The notes beneath the pieces were generated by a model. That model was not told the DNA's origin and searched no databases. It saw only the letters and a list, made by a program, of their open reading frames with translations. The translations under genes were made by a program, and so were the position numbers. A DNA stretch of 63,999 nucleotides, counting the filler, from Craspedostauros australis (taxonomy: Eukaryota), in assembly GCA_030167865.1 (NCBI GenBank). It is 7 parts of 7 records of this genome, joined end to end, with 100 filler letters (N's around TTAATTAATTAA, not from the genome) between each part and the next. Parts side by side here need not be neighbours in the genome. Positions count along the whole stretch, not along the records: positions 37,676 to 59,167 come from JALAGF010003418.1; 6 more parts are not named here. One strand, 5' to 3'. Within the stretch, counting starts at the first letter, position 1. Each line of letters starts with the position of its first letter. Positions 45,074-56,305 of the stretch are shown here, one piece after another.

Positions 45074-47152
45074 TTAGGAGATCATGACCTTGCGCCTCTT
45101 GGTGACATGATCCGCCGTCAAAGGAACCTGCTTCGGCTGCTGCCGACGTTGGTAATGCCCTGACGTGGCGCGTGTTGCAGCGCTGAATGCGTGCATGGCC
45201 GAGGAATCCTCGCTGTCGGTGTCCTGGTCGGTGGTGACAGCCGAAAGAGGCGCCGAATCGGAGAAGGATGAGACGTCATCGGTCATGGTGCGTTTGGCAC
45301 CGCGCTTGGATGTTGCGCTCTTCTTGCTGGTCCTCTTTCCGCCCTTGCTCTTTGTGGGCGATTTGGTGGCGCCAGCTCTTGGAGTGGGGGCCGGGGCCAA
45401 CAAGGCAAGGGAGGAGCCGTTGATCTTGGCAGCCTGCTGCTCGCGTGCGGCGTGCAGCCGTGACCAGATGCGCTGGAAGAAGACCTTGCGGCTGCCGTAT
45501 CGGGGACGACCAGCCGCGGTGGATGCGGCTGCCGGTGCCGCTGCTGCTGCGGATTCCTTCTCGGCCTGCTGACGCTGAAGCTCGAGGATTGCCTGACGGA
45601 TCTCCGGCGGGCAGAAGCGGCACTTGAGACCTACGTGCTTGAGGATGGTCTGCGATGTGGTGGTTTGTGCCAAGGATCGCACGGAGTTGGGGAAGTAGCG
45701 ACCGAATCCTGGCTGCCCGCCGCAGTGTCGGCAGCACATGCCGGTGAAGCCGATGTCACGCGACTTGTAGCAACCGACGCGATCGGCCTGGGTGAGGTCG
45801 CATGGCATCATCTGCGCCATGGCAACGAAGAGAGCGTCGGGCACAAGGTCGCGGTCCTTCGGGAGGACGAGGTCGGAGTCGCGCAAGAGTCCATCCCACT
45901 GGATGTCGCTGGCGGGCATGGCGGGGCCACGAGCTGCCGCAGGGTCCTCGACCAGGGCAGGCGTTGCCTTGCGTTGTCGCTGGTTGCGGCGACCTGGAGC
46001 GGCGTCCGGAAGGCCCGTGCTGACGATGCGGCGTGCGGATGGAGGCGTTGTCGCAGGCGAAGGTGGTGCCGATGATGCTGGCGAAGACAGCGAGGACGAG
46101 GTGAAGGATGCTGCCGTGGAGATGGTTGTTGGCACCTGTCGGTATCCGGCCTGCTGCTGTTGTTGTTGTTGCTGCTGTTGGCGGTGACGTTGGTTGATGT
46201 TGCTTCCGCAGGTGGAGGGGGAGACAGGCGACATGAGGAGTTCCTTCGTTGTTCGCGCCCCTGGTGATCCCTCGCGAACACTGACCGTGGCTGGGTATCC
46301 CGCCTTGCCACGGAAAGGTGACATGGATGGCGAGCCGACTCTGCGCTTGTCCTGTTGCTGCTGCTGCAGTTGGCGATGGTTGGAGAAGGCGTGGTTGTGG
46401 TTGGCCGGAGAACGGCTGTGGTCGCTTCCGTCCAAGGATATGTTGTGGGGGCTGGCCTGTCTGTTGGCTGTCATGTGTCGGTGACGATGGTGCATCATGA
46501 TGGCGGTGACAGCGCTGGTGGTGGAACTGGGCGTCGGCGAGGGTGGGACGTGGGTGGAGAAGTGAGGATGGTGCGGAAGGGCATCCATGAAGCCGGTCAT
46601 GATGGCGTTCGATCTCTTGTTCTTTTTGTTGATGCTGTTGTTGTTGGTGGTGCTAGTGTTGTTGTTGCTGATGGTGTTGTTGCTGATGGTGGTGGTCTTT
46701 GTTGGAGTTTCGAATGTCACATTCGTTTTGGTTGCGTTCGTCTTCCTGTTCTTGTTGTCATTGTGAAGATCATCGTCAGGTGCGACGTGCTGGTGCTTCA
46801 ATGCCATGAGGAAGCTGGCGAGCTCGGCAGTGCTGCCATGTTGTTTGGATTGGCCGAGGCCGGGCGTCGCAGCGTCATCATCAGTCTTGTTGTGGTTTGG
46901 CGCGATGATGTCACGCTGCGGTCTTTGTGGCTGTCGTTGTTGCTGATGGCGTGACCCCATGTTGTGCACAATCGTGCGGGAGGATGGTTGCAGGTTGTTG
47001 TTGTTGTTGATGGTGGTGGTGCCATTGTTGTTGTAGTTGACACTGTCGAGGCCATTGCTATGGTCGCTGCCTCCGCCTAAGACTGTCATCGGGTGCGAAC
47101 TCTGAGGAGGACCATTGATGTCATACATCACATGTGGATTTCTTGCCATCAT
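45074..47152 (-). CDS. Uncharacterised low-complexity protein with a C-terminal putative Zn-binding domain (CCRHCGG...H...C..CP...RYGSRKVFFQRIWSRLH)
   Basis: Single 692-codon ORF. The N/Q/H/S-rich N-terminus is followed by one compact Cys/His domain and NLS-like basic stretches. A regulatory role is inference. Confidence 0.78.
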   Translation of the reverse strand: MMARNPHVMYDINGPPQSSHPMTVLGGGSDHSNGLDSVNYNNNGTTTINNNNNLQPSSRTIVHNMGSRHQQQRQPQRPQRDIIAPNHNKTDDDAATPGLGQSKQHGSTAELASFLMALKHQHVAPDDDLHNDNKNRKTNATKTNVTFETPTKTTTISNNTISNNNTSTTNNNSINKKNKRSNAIMTGFMDALPHHPHFSTHVPPSPTPSSTTSAVTAIMMHHRHRHMTANRQASPHNISLDGSDHSRSPANHNHAFSNHRQLQQQQQDKRRVGSPSMSPFRGKAGYPATVSVREGSPGARTTKELLMSPVSPSTCGSNINQRHRQQQQQQQQQQAGYRQVPTTISTAASFTSSSLSSPASSAPPSPATTPPSARRIVSTGLPDAAPGRRNQRQRKATPALVEDPAAARGPAMPASDIQWDGLLRDSDLVLPKDRDLVPDALFVAMAQMMPCDLTQADRVGCYKSRDIGFTGMCCRHCGGQPGFGRYFPNSVRSLAQTTTSQTILKHVGLKCRFCPPEIRQAILELQRQQAEKESAAAAAPAAASTAAGRPRYGSRKVFFQRIWSRLHAAREQQAAKINGSSLALLAPAPTPRAGATKSPTKSKGGKRTSKKSATSKRGAKRTMTDDVSSFSDSAPLSAVTTDQDTDSEDSSAMHAFSAATRATSGHYQRRQQPKQVPLTADHVTKRRKVMIS

Positions 47153-49493
47153 TTTCTCGTTTGTTTGTTCGCTTCTTGTTGGATGCTTTGCGTTGGTGTC
47201 TTTGCGTCTTTATGAGTGTTGAGGAGCAAGTGTCTGTGTCTGTCAATGTCTCTCTTGCTATTGTTGTTGTTGCTGTTGCTGTTGTTGGATTTGTGATGAA
47301 GTGTCTGGCCTTGTGTGGGCTTGGATGAGCGCACTTGCGTTTTGTGGTTTGGCTTCGGCTATCAATGGTTGTGGTGGTTGAGTGAAGAGCACTTTCGCGC
47401 GTGTTCGTTTTGTGCCTGTTTCGTGTTGTTTGCAACGCGTCCCTTGCTTTTTGCGTGGTGGAGTTCCCAAATTTGTGTGATGTTGGAGAGTGTGGAAGAA
47501 TGAGAAGGAATCAGTTTTTGGCTTTGTGTTGTACGCGCACACGATGACATGCACGGTTGAGAGTACGTGGGAACAGTGCAGTGATTGGATCTCCGTGTGT
47601 CTCTTTTGGGGTGGGATTCAAAAATCTTGTGTGGGAAGAAAAATGACCCCCTCGTTTTGACGCAGAACCGCATGTGGGTGATGCCAACACCACAAAGCGA
47701 AACGGTGTTTGCGCTGTGGAGAAGTGGAAGAAGAGAGAGTCACACACAGAGGCCTTCCAACACTCACCACGCTGGACGATGTCGCTGATCGGTGCCAGCA
47801 GGCAGCTGACAGAGGATGCAAGCGGGTATTGATAAAATGAGAATTAGGTCGAATAGGAAAAGGCTTCTCTTCTTCACAGATGCAGATGTGAATGTGACTT
47901 GCACGGCGGTTATGCTAAAACGCGCGAGAGTGCACTGTCATCGCAGAGTCGGCGACCACACACCCCTCCGCACACGATGTCATCATCGTCGTCGTTCATC
48001 ATCGACACTCAACACCAATACTCAAACAGCCGCATCATGGCCATACACGCAAACCACAAGGCCCATGAAGGGCGCATCATGGGACAAATGCACCCCCGCA
48101 AGTACGCACACGGCCCCTCCACGCAACCAAACCAACAGCCGTTCATCATCCGTGTTTGTCCAGTAGTCGCTGGCACCGTCACAAATGCTGGCACTCTGCG
48201 TTTGGCAACTGTTCTCATTTTCAGACAGGGGGCCATCCGATGAAGATGCCGCCATCTGCTGCAATTGCCAGTTGGCCGAGCGGAATCCACAGCGGTGGAA
48301 GACTATTTATCGCCCCTCTGTTTTTCATCAGGCCTCACTCATCACCCAGAGCAAAACCAAGTGTCCCTGGTCTTGATTTCATCCTCAACCTCGCGATCCA
48401 CGATCTGCCGATGCAAATGTCCACGAAAGGTTGCAGCGTTCCAGTTTTTCTGTTCTCGCTGCCGGAATGGTCGCAGCCACCCATGGCGGGACTGTCGTTG
48501 CTGCCATTTGGTGGACGACGCTGTGACTCTCATGTTCATCTTCCTCTGATACTTCGCGTTCCTGCCCCACACTCCAACGAGCAATAGTACTCCCTACTAC
48601 AAGTTGCTGAGGTCGAATGACACCAAGGGACATCAGGCTCGGAGGCCAATCACACACACAACAAAGACACAAGAGACGGGGCAAGATGGATGAGGCCCAA
48701 TTATCTCCTCCTCCCCTCGCTCTGCATCGAAGTTGGTCACCGCCCGTCTGGCTGGAGGAATTCATTCCTTTCATCCAACCAAAATGAAGGGGAACAGATG
48801 AAGGCAATCGCATGCATGTCCCGCCCTCTCCACCTCGGCGAATGAGACATCGTCACCATCCAAACAAACATGTTCGTGTCATGCCATGCCATGCGCACCA
48901 ACCAGCTGTGGCGGCTGTTGTTGTTGTCGCTGCTATCGCGATGGTGAGAAACGCATGATGCGGTCACAAGCGAGAGAAAGAGGGAGGCTTTCGCCGACTC
49001 TGTGCCCCATGGTCGCCTATGGCTGTCGCCACAGTGCTGGTGTTTCCACTCGCACACCTGTCTTCGTCTGTGCGAACGCAAACATCCAGGTCGCGGGAAA
49101 GCTCCTCCCTCCATCTCCATCCCCCCAGTCTCTCTCCCCCTCCCCCAAACCGATCTGTTTTGTCTTCGCCTCGGCATCTGCTGCCCTTGGCATCATTTTT
49201 CTTCGTTCAGTGAGAAAACAAACTTCGTATCTTTCCTCCCACAGGTGCTGCCACAACCACATCACAGGCGGTCATCGCGAAGCGTCTTCATCCATGACTT
49301 TGAGCACATCCCCAGCATTCGTGAATGTGACAAATCGAATTGTCACGTGGAAATCAATTGAAACCGCATTCGCACAACGATGAGGATAACGGTTCCGTTC
49401 CTCACTTCAAGTTGCCAGTCATCGGCAGATTGCGCGATTCCACAGAGGGGGTGTTTGCGCGTCACGTTGTCTGCGTGAAGATGCGAACGTCGG

Positions 49494-49505
49494 CGTGACG
49501 TCACG
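49494..49505. promoter_or_regulatory. Palindromic CRE-like bZIP site CGTGACGTCACG
   Basis: Perfect 12-bp palindrome with a TGACGTCA core, about 590 bp upstream of the first CPN20. Function is unverified. Confidence 0.3.
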
Positions 49506-50092
49506 TTTCCACTTCACCGCGCAACGAGAAACCCATTTTCCACCGTCTGACCGCCGACAAACCACAACCAATCCAGGAGCGGTTGCCTCATCGATGTGTC
49601 ACGAGTTTGGGGTCGACTCCTTTTCGGACCGTTGGATGTGGGAATGGTGACAACAGTGACAAGTCGGAGTTGACAGACATGGACAATCCCCGAAATGAGT
49701 CGTGATATGTCCGTTCTGGACTTGTTCGAGTCGTATCATCGATGAACGAACAAAACGGAGTACAACGTGCACGTTTGCTTCCATGAATGAATCAACGATC
49801 ATATAATGCGTCCGTCCGGTAGTACGATAGCTGACGTTGCGATGGTTTGGGTCGAGCCATCAAAAAAATCAACGCAAGAACATCAAAGGCATCACCAACA
49901 ACCTCACGACGTTGCTTGGGGTGATGGCTGCCGACCATGATGAAAGATCAACAACACCGCCGCGCCATCTCTCTTCTGAGCCAAAGACCTTGCTCCACAA
50001 CACTACACAGCACTACACAGCACAGCATTGCACTGCACTCGACGATACGTCACGCTACGCGAAGCAAATAATTCTCGACCAAAGTGATTATC

Positions 50093-50896
50093 ATGAGACT
50101 CTCGATGCTCAGCGCGACATTCGGCCTGTGTCTGGCCTGGCAGCGTTCCAACCATGGAACGACGTTAGCCTTCGCACCAAGCCTGCCAGCCACCCGCAGC
50201 GCCATCGCCATCGCTCCACAATGCGACACGCGGCTATTCCTGCGCGTCGATGGCAAGACCACCGAGGGCGGCATCGAGACATTCGTGCCAACCAACAACA
50301 TGGTGCTGCTCAAGAAGACGGGACCCGTCGAGGCCACGGAAGGCGGATTGTTCCTGACGGGCAAGTCCAAGGAGAAGAAGACGGAGGGCGTCGTGATCGC
50401 GGCCGGGCCTGGCAAGACGCATCAGGACACCGGCACGTACTACCCCATGCCAGTGTCCGTCCACGACGTCGTCGTGTACCCCAAGGGATGCGGCACGGAC
50501 CTCGAGATTGATGGCGAGAAGTACCTGCTCATCATGGACGACGACGTCCTGGTGCGGTACCCAGGCAGCGAGGATGGCGAGACCGATCAGACCATCGCCA
50601 ACGCCGCGGTGATTCGGGACAACGTGCTGGTGGAGGTGGAGCAGAAGCAGAAGACGAACGCTGTGGCGACCGGCGGCATCCTGCTTGCCAAGTCCTCGAC
50701 GTCGGAAAAGCGACCATCGGTCGGTACCGTCGTCAAGGTGGGACCTGGCAGACTGGCGACGAACGGTGAGATCATGCCGATGGAGGTCCAGGTGGACGAC
50801 ATGATCAAATTCCGTGACTTCGCAGGTGCATCTGTGACCATCGATGACCTGGAGTACATCGTCGTGCGGATGATGGACATCGTGGCCAAATTCTAG
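50093..50896 (+). CDS. CPN20: Plastid co-chaperonin Cpn20 (two GroES domains), paralog 1
   Basis: Bipartite presequence ending TLA-FAP. Two GroES repeats: TEGGLFL/VIAAGPG and TGGILL/GTVVKVGPG...DIVAKF. Confidence 0.92.
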   Translation: MRLSMLSATFGLCLAWQRSNHGTTLAFAPSLPATRSAIAIAPQCDTRLFLRVDGKTTEGGIETFVPTNNMVLLKKTGPVEATEGGLFLTGKSKEKKTEGVVIAAGPGKTHQDTGTYYPMPVSVHDVVVYPKGCGTDLEIDGEKYLLIMDDDVLVRYPGSEDGETDQTIANAAVIRDNVLVEVEQKQKTNAVATGGILLAKSSTSEKRPSVGTVVKVGPGRLATNGEIMPMEVQVDDMIKFRDFAGASVTIDDLEYIVVRMMDIVAKF

Positions 50897-51743
50897 AGAT
50901 CAAGGCAAAGCAAAAGGCGGAATAGTTGACATGGTGGACCGGTCCATTGATCGGTTGCACGCGCTTCAAACAAAACGAGCACTCGCTTCACGTGAACGAC
51001 CAGAGCAATGGCAGCAACGACAGCACCAACGACGCCACAATGGTCGGTACCTTAGACTAGGCCAGGCTACATGGGTTAGAGCATCACTAGTATTGGCACC
51101 TAGGAGTAGAGAGCACTTGTGCCCTGCTTCAAAGTTTTTCTTTCGGCTGTGCTGGTATCTTCGAACATCGTTATTGTACAATGCGAGACGTTATTCAATT
51201 CTCTTCTGATCATGCTGGTATGTCTACGTACTACGGATATGGTTGCTTCGGCTACCAGTCCCCGCACATGTGGTATTGTTCCATTGTTGAAGGTGCGATA
51301 CACCAAAGAGAGGAACTGGAGAGGCAGGGTGCTCCATCCGCAGAGAAGGTGGTCCCATCTACTCTACTCTGCTATAATACAATACTAATAAAATGTACTC
51401 TACTCTACTCTCCTGCAACACTCGCGACACGTCCTCACCTCTAATCAAAAGATACTGGTCGGCACCTTCTTGGTCAATCCGTGGCGTGATTCCCGTCTGT
51501 CCGTGCCACCGAACTGACGTTTGCCCATCAAAATGTTTGGGTTGTTTGATTTTTACCATGGAATTCAAAGCCGACCACAGACGACACCAGACACATCAAA
51601 GCAGTCAACGCATCATCGATCAAAGCGATCATCACATCACCTCCCATCAGCCCTCTCTGCGTCCCGAGACTCATCATACCCATCATACCCATCATACATC
51701 CACACAATCACAATCACAATCACGCAAACACGACACACACACC

Positions 51744-52526
51744 ATGAAATTCGCAACCTTGCTTCTGACATCGGCTTTGGCCACCAGCAGCGCATCGGCA
51801 TTCACGGCAGCCTTCCTTCCATCCACAGCAGCCACGCAGACCGTGGTGCCATCGGCACAACGACAGGCCTCGCATGGCAATGCCCCCGCCACGCGCCTGT
51901 CCGTGAAGGTCGAGAACCGCGAGATCGTGGGAGCCGTGCAACCCGTCAACAACTTCATCCTCGTCAAGATCGCCGAAGCCGCCGACAAGACGGACGCTGG
52001 CATCCTGCTGTCAGAATCCGCCAAAATCCAAAAGACGGAAGGCACCGTGGTGGCCGTGGGACCCGGCATCACGGACTCCGAGACGGGCAAGTACTGTCCC
52101 ATCCCGCTGCAGCCCGGCGACGGCGTCGTCTACGGTGAATTCGACGGCACCGAGCTCGACGTCGACGGCGTCAAGCACACATTAATCCGCGATACTGACG
52201 TGCTCGTCAAGTTCGGCGGCGGCGAGTTGAAGCTGGACAGCGTCGACACGATCAGCGACAAGGTGCTCGTGCACGTCGATTTCAGCGAAACGCAGACGGA
52301 AGGCGGATTGCTGCTGGGTAGCACCAAGAATTCCGAAAAGCGGCCATCGACCGGCACCGTCATGAAGGTGGGTCCGGGACGCATCGCCTCCAACGGACAG
52401 CTATCACCCATGTCGGTCTCGCAGGGCGACACCATCAAGTTCAGGGATTACGCGGGCGGTGAGGTCGTCATTGAGGAAGAGGAATACACGGTGGTGGAGA
52501 TGCCCGATGTTCTGGCGAGGTTCTAG
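51744..52526 (+). CDS. CPN20: Plastid co-chaperonin Cpn20 (two GroES domains), paralog 2
   Basis: Presequence MKFATLLLTSALATSSASA-F. Two GroES repeats: TDAGILL/GTVVAVGPG and TEGGLLL/GTVMKVGPG. Confidence 0.92.
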   Translation: MKFATLLLTSALATSSASAFTAAFLPSTAATQTVVPSAQRQASHGNAPATRLSVKVENREIVGAVQPVNNFILVKIAEAADKTDAGILLSESAKIQKTEGTVVAVGPGITDSETGKYCPIPLQPGDGVVYGEFDGTELDVDGVKHTLIRDTDVLVKFGGGELKLDSVDTISDKVLVHVDFSETQTEGGLLLGSTKNSEKRPSTGTVMKVGPGRIASNGQLSPMSVSQGDTIKFRDYAGGEVVIEEEEYTVVEMPDVLARF

Positions 52527-52795
52527 GGATAGAGGTGCGCATCGTGTGGTTGTCTGCAAGAACTATCATTGTATGGTATTACATCATACATTAGACAACT
52601 CCATTGCATACCAGGAGTAGTATTCGCACGGTACGCAGTTGGAGATATGCATAGAGCAGTGTGCAGCAGAGTGATGCAATCCCGTATCATACTATAGCAT
52701 AGCATAGCATACTTGGATATGTGTAAAATGTCTACTGGAGTCGTATCCCCTACCTACCTGCCTGCCTGCATATATACCTGCCTCTACCTGCGTAC

Positions 52796-55700
52796 CTACT
52801 GCTCTTCGTCATTGTTGGCATTCAGCAGTGCGTTGTGTCCCGGCAACGAGAGCATGTCACCGTTGCCTGACGACCGCTGACTCCGCTCCGCCTTGATAGA
52901 GACGAAGTAGGTTTGCATCTCCCCCTTCCCCTTCACTTCCACCGTGGAATGCCGCCTCTGCAACCATTCCGTGTATCCTTGGGCTATCAGCTCATCCGCC
53001 GTGGCCTGCGAGCAGTGCACTCGGCTTCGTTCTCCGCTGCTCTCCATCCGAGATGCCGTGTTCACGGTATCCCCGAACAACTGGAACCTGGACTTTTCTC
53101 CGCGCAGCACGCCAGCCGTCACAGGTCCCGAATGCAGGCCCACTCTCATCTCCAGCTCCAGCGTATCCAAACCCAGGGTCTTGGACAGGGAGTGTCGCAG
53201 AGAATGCATCTTCCGAAGGCAGTCATGCGCGAACTGCACCATCGCTACTGCGTGATCGGCCTGCGCAACGCAAATTTCGATTTCGTTTATGTCGTTGTGA
53301 TTGTTGCGTTCAAAGTTGTGCGTTCAAAATTGTGTATTCGTGGTCACGTTTAGGACCATGAGCAAGAGAGTTCGTGAGTTTGTTATCATCGACAATGGTA
53401 TCACCAAGGTCATGATCACGATCATGCGTCATCATCGTCATTTCAGCGACGCTCCGATGGTTCGAACCCTCGGAGCTCTCCCATGGTGAAAGCCCTTGAC
53501 AACACTCAACATACCATACGCAATGTACAAACGTCCCGGCGCAATTCATGACGTACGCGTGGTGACGGCAATCCGGTTGCCGCCATGTAACAATCTCCGA
53601 TCGTTTCGACCTTGAACACGTTGTGGCGCCGCGCCAACCGATCGAATGTCCCGAACAACGTCTCCAGCAAGTCAAACACTTGCTCTGGTGTGCGCGTCGA
53701 ACTCCACTTGGTGAAGCCCGCAATATCCGCGAACAGGATAGTCGTGTGTTCGAACTTGTCGGCGATGGGGCGGCTGGTGGTGTTGCTGACGACGGTGGCG
53801 TCCGTCTTGACTTCTTCCTTATCCAGGAACGCATTCAACGGTTGGTTGGGCTGAGGATGCAGAGATGCTTGTTGCCGGCCCTTTGTGATGTTGAGTGCAC
53901 CGCCTCGACCAGCAATTGCCATTCCGCCGATACCATTCCCGTTGTTGCCCTTGTTGCCGCCGTCGTTCCCGTGATGACTGTACAACCGATCGCGGACGTT
54001 CTCTGGGAACAGCGATGAAACGACGGCGCCTGATTTGATGGCCTGGTCCATGACGAGCCGTTGGCGGTGCTCCACCAAGTAATCGTAAAAGATGAAGACG
54101 GCCGACGTGAACACAAAGACCAGGCCCACGACGAGGGCGTACCAAATCGGTCGCGTCGAGACGAACTCATCCTCAAGGTTCGATGTCGGGTAGACTCGGA
54201 TCCTGTAGTTGGAGTGATCGCGGTTGAGCTTGACGGATGTGTAGGACCGGGTCTCGGGCGATGCTATGCTCGCCACGTACTCGGCGATGTTGGCTTCATG
54301 CCCCATGCTGTCGTACTTGGGATCGTGGCGATCGCTCTTGCCAATGTAGGTCACCCGCGATCCGTCCAAACGGAAGGAAAAGGTCTGGTTGAGCGTGTTT
54401 TCCAGGACGCACACGATGCCCTTCACGTCCTCCGACAGCAGACTCTCAAAGTACAACCTCCAGTAGATGGAGGTGTACATGATGCCGACGACCTTCCTGT
54501 CTTTTCCGAAGCTATCAAAGACGGGGTAGTTCACGGGGCTGACGGGGTCACCGAAGTAGCCCTGGCTGTCGTGTCGGAATTGCCCACGATCCAAAAAGAT
54601 CTGGAAGGTATCAACATTGTCTTCCCGGATTTTGTCCGACAGGACTGGATCCTGGAGGTTGATGACTCGGCCGACGACTGCCTCCCCGCTGGTGTAAGCG
54701 GCTGTGAGCACGCCCTTCAGGAAATTGTAGCTGAGCATGTTGAGATTCAAGGCCGGGACAAGGTCGATCACCGGTGTCATCTGCCAGATTGGAAGGAAGG
54801 GCCCGGAACCGATCGGTTCTGGTCCGTAACTGTCTGCTCCCAAAGTTGTGATATCAAAGATGTGCTCACGGTAACCCGGTGGAGGCGATTCCTCCAGGGA
54901 GCGCTTCGTTTGGGAAGCATGCCCTTGCTTGGCCTGCTGTGCTTGTTCGTTGCCGTTGAGGCTGTTGAGAAGCATGCGGCGAGTGGGATCGTATCCAAAC
55001 TCCACGTCTTGCTGTCGGCGAAGGACATCATCGGCCGCCAATGCCGCTGGTAGATGATTGGCATGCGCTTTCGCATACGCCTCCCATCCAGCCCGATCCT
55101 CGTCGTGGACCAGAGGCAGATAGTAAATGAGAAGAGCCTCCGCGTTGACTCGGGCAGCATTACCTCGAACCTCCATGTTGGCTGAGGCGTCGAATCACGG
55201 GTAGGAGCGTCAACGATGGTGACGGAACAGTACAAGTGCCACGATTTACGAAAGAGACAGACAGAGATGAAAACAGCAAGTAGAGCGGTGAGCGATCAGA
55301 ATGTCTGGAGCAGAAAGTGCAGGTGGCCGACCTACAGAAGGAGCAATAGAACGAATGAGCAAACGAACGGCGCCACCAACTCTTGACCATACTCGCGCCA
55401 GAAGACTTACGAATCGTGACATTTGGGAACGTCGATCCGCTGTCGATCGCGTAGGATGTAACGGATGAGGAAAAGGAGTCCAGCGCCTTCAGTTTGTTTT
55501 CGACGGACTTGTGAAAGAGCTCCAGGATGCGGCTGGCCTACTCGTACGTATGCGTGGCAAACAGTGGTCGTTGCAGTATAGCAAGGCAGAGTGTTGCAAT
55601 CGACGACATGGTGGCGATGAGTGGAGGTGGTTCCAAGAAGAGAGGGAGGCGGTGATGATAGCGAGGATGAGATCAGATGAGTGATAAAATCGATGATAAG

Positions 55701-56305
55701 GGGGGAAGGCGAGAGACACGCCTGGGAAATAGGAAGGAGCGGACCTGACATGAATCTCAGAAGAACCATGATGTAATAGGATCCTTCTTCGTCCAAAGTC
55801 AACACCATCACCCAGCCAGCTCGAGAGGATCTGAACTTACATGCGCATCGAAGTGATTGCAAAAGTCCTTCTCCTCATCGTTGCGGACGAAGTAGTACAC
55901 AAGGGTGGACACTGTGATGGCCGATGTCATGAGGATTCCAAAGACGATGAACCGGGCGCACGTGACCCTCTTCGTTTCACGTCTCCCCAATCTGTGCTGC
56001 TCCGCATCGAGGTGTCGCATGTGTCCAGCTGCGGTGGCATGGCTCGTGGCCACGGATCGCGAGGAATTCATGGAGATTTCTTCTTCGATCGTCGAGTCGA
56101 CTTCGCTCTGCATGTGTTCCTCGGCGTCGCCAGGCTGCTGTTGCTGAGAGTCGATGTTCTGTCTGTGTCTGTGGTTATGGCTCTCCATAGTCCCAGCCAA
56201 GTCACCACCTGCGCTTGAGTCATCATACTTGTCTTCACCATCGTTGCCGTTGGCGATGCTGATGTTGTCCATGTTGGTGGTGCTATTCACACTGTGCTCC
56301 ATCAT
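52796..56305 (-). CDS. Receptor-type class III (guanylate-type) cyclase: TM - extracellular sensor - TM - cyclase; exons 56305-55841, 55537-55411, 55181-53557, 53260-52796
   Basis: Two TM helices. TILFADIAGF, FKVETIGDCY, GLHSGPVTAGV and RFQLFGDTVNTASRMES are present. GT-AG junctions restore FDAH|ASRIL, NVTIPNME and LPSPR|ADHA. Confidence 0.88.
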
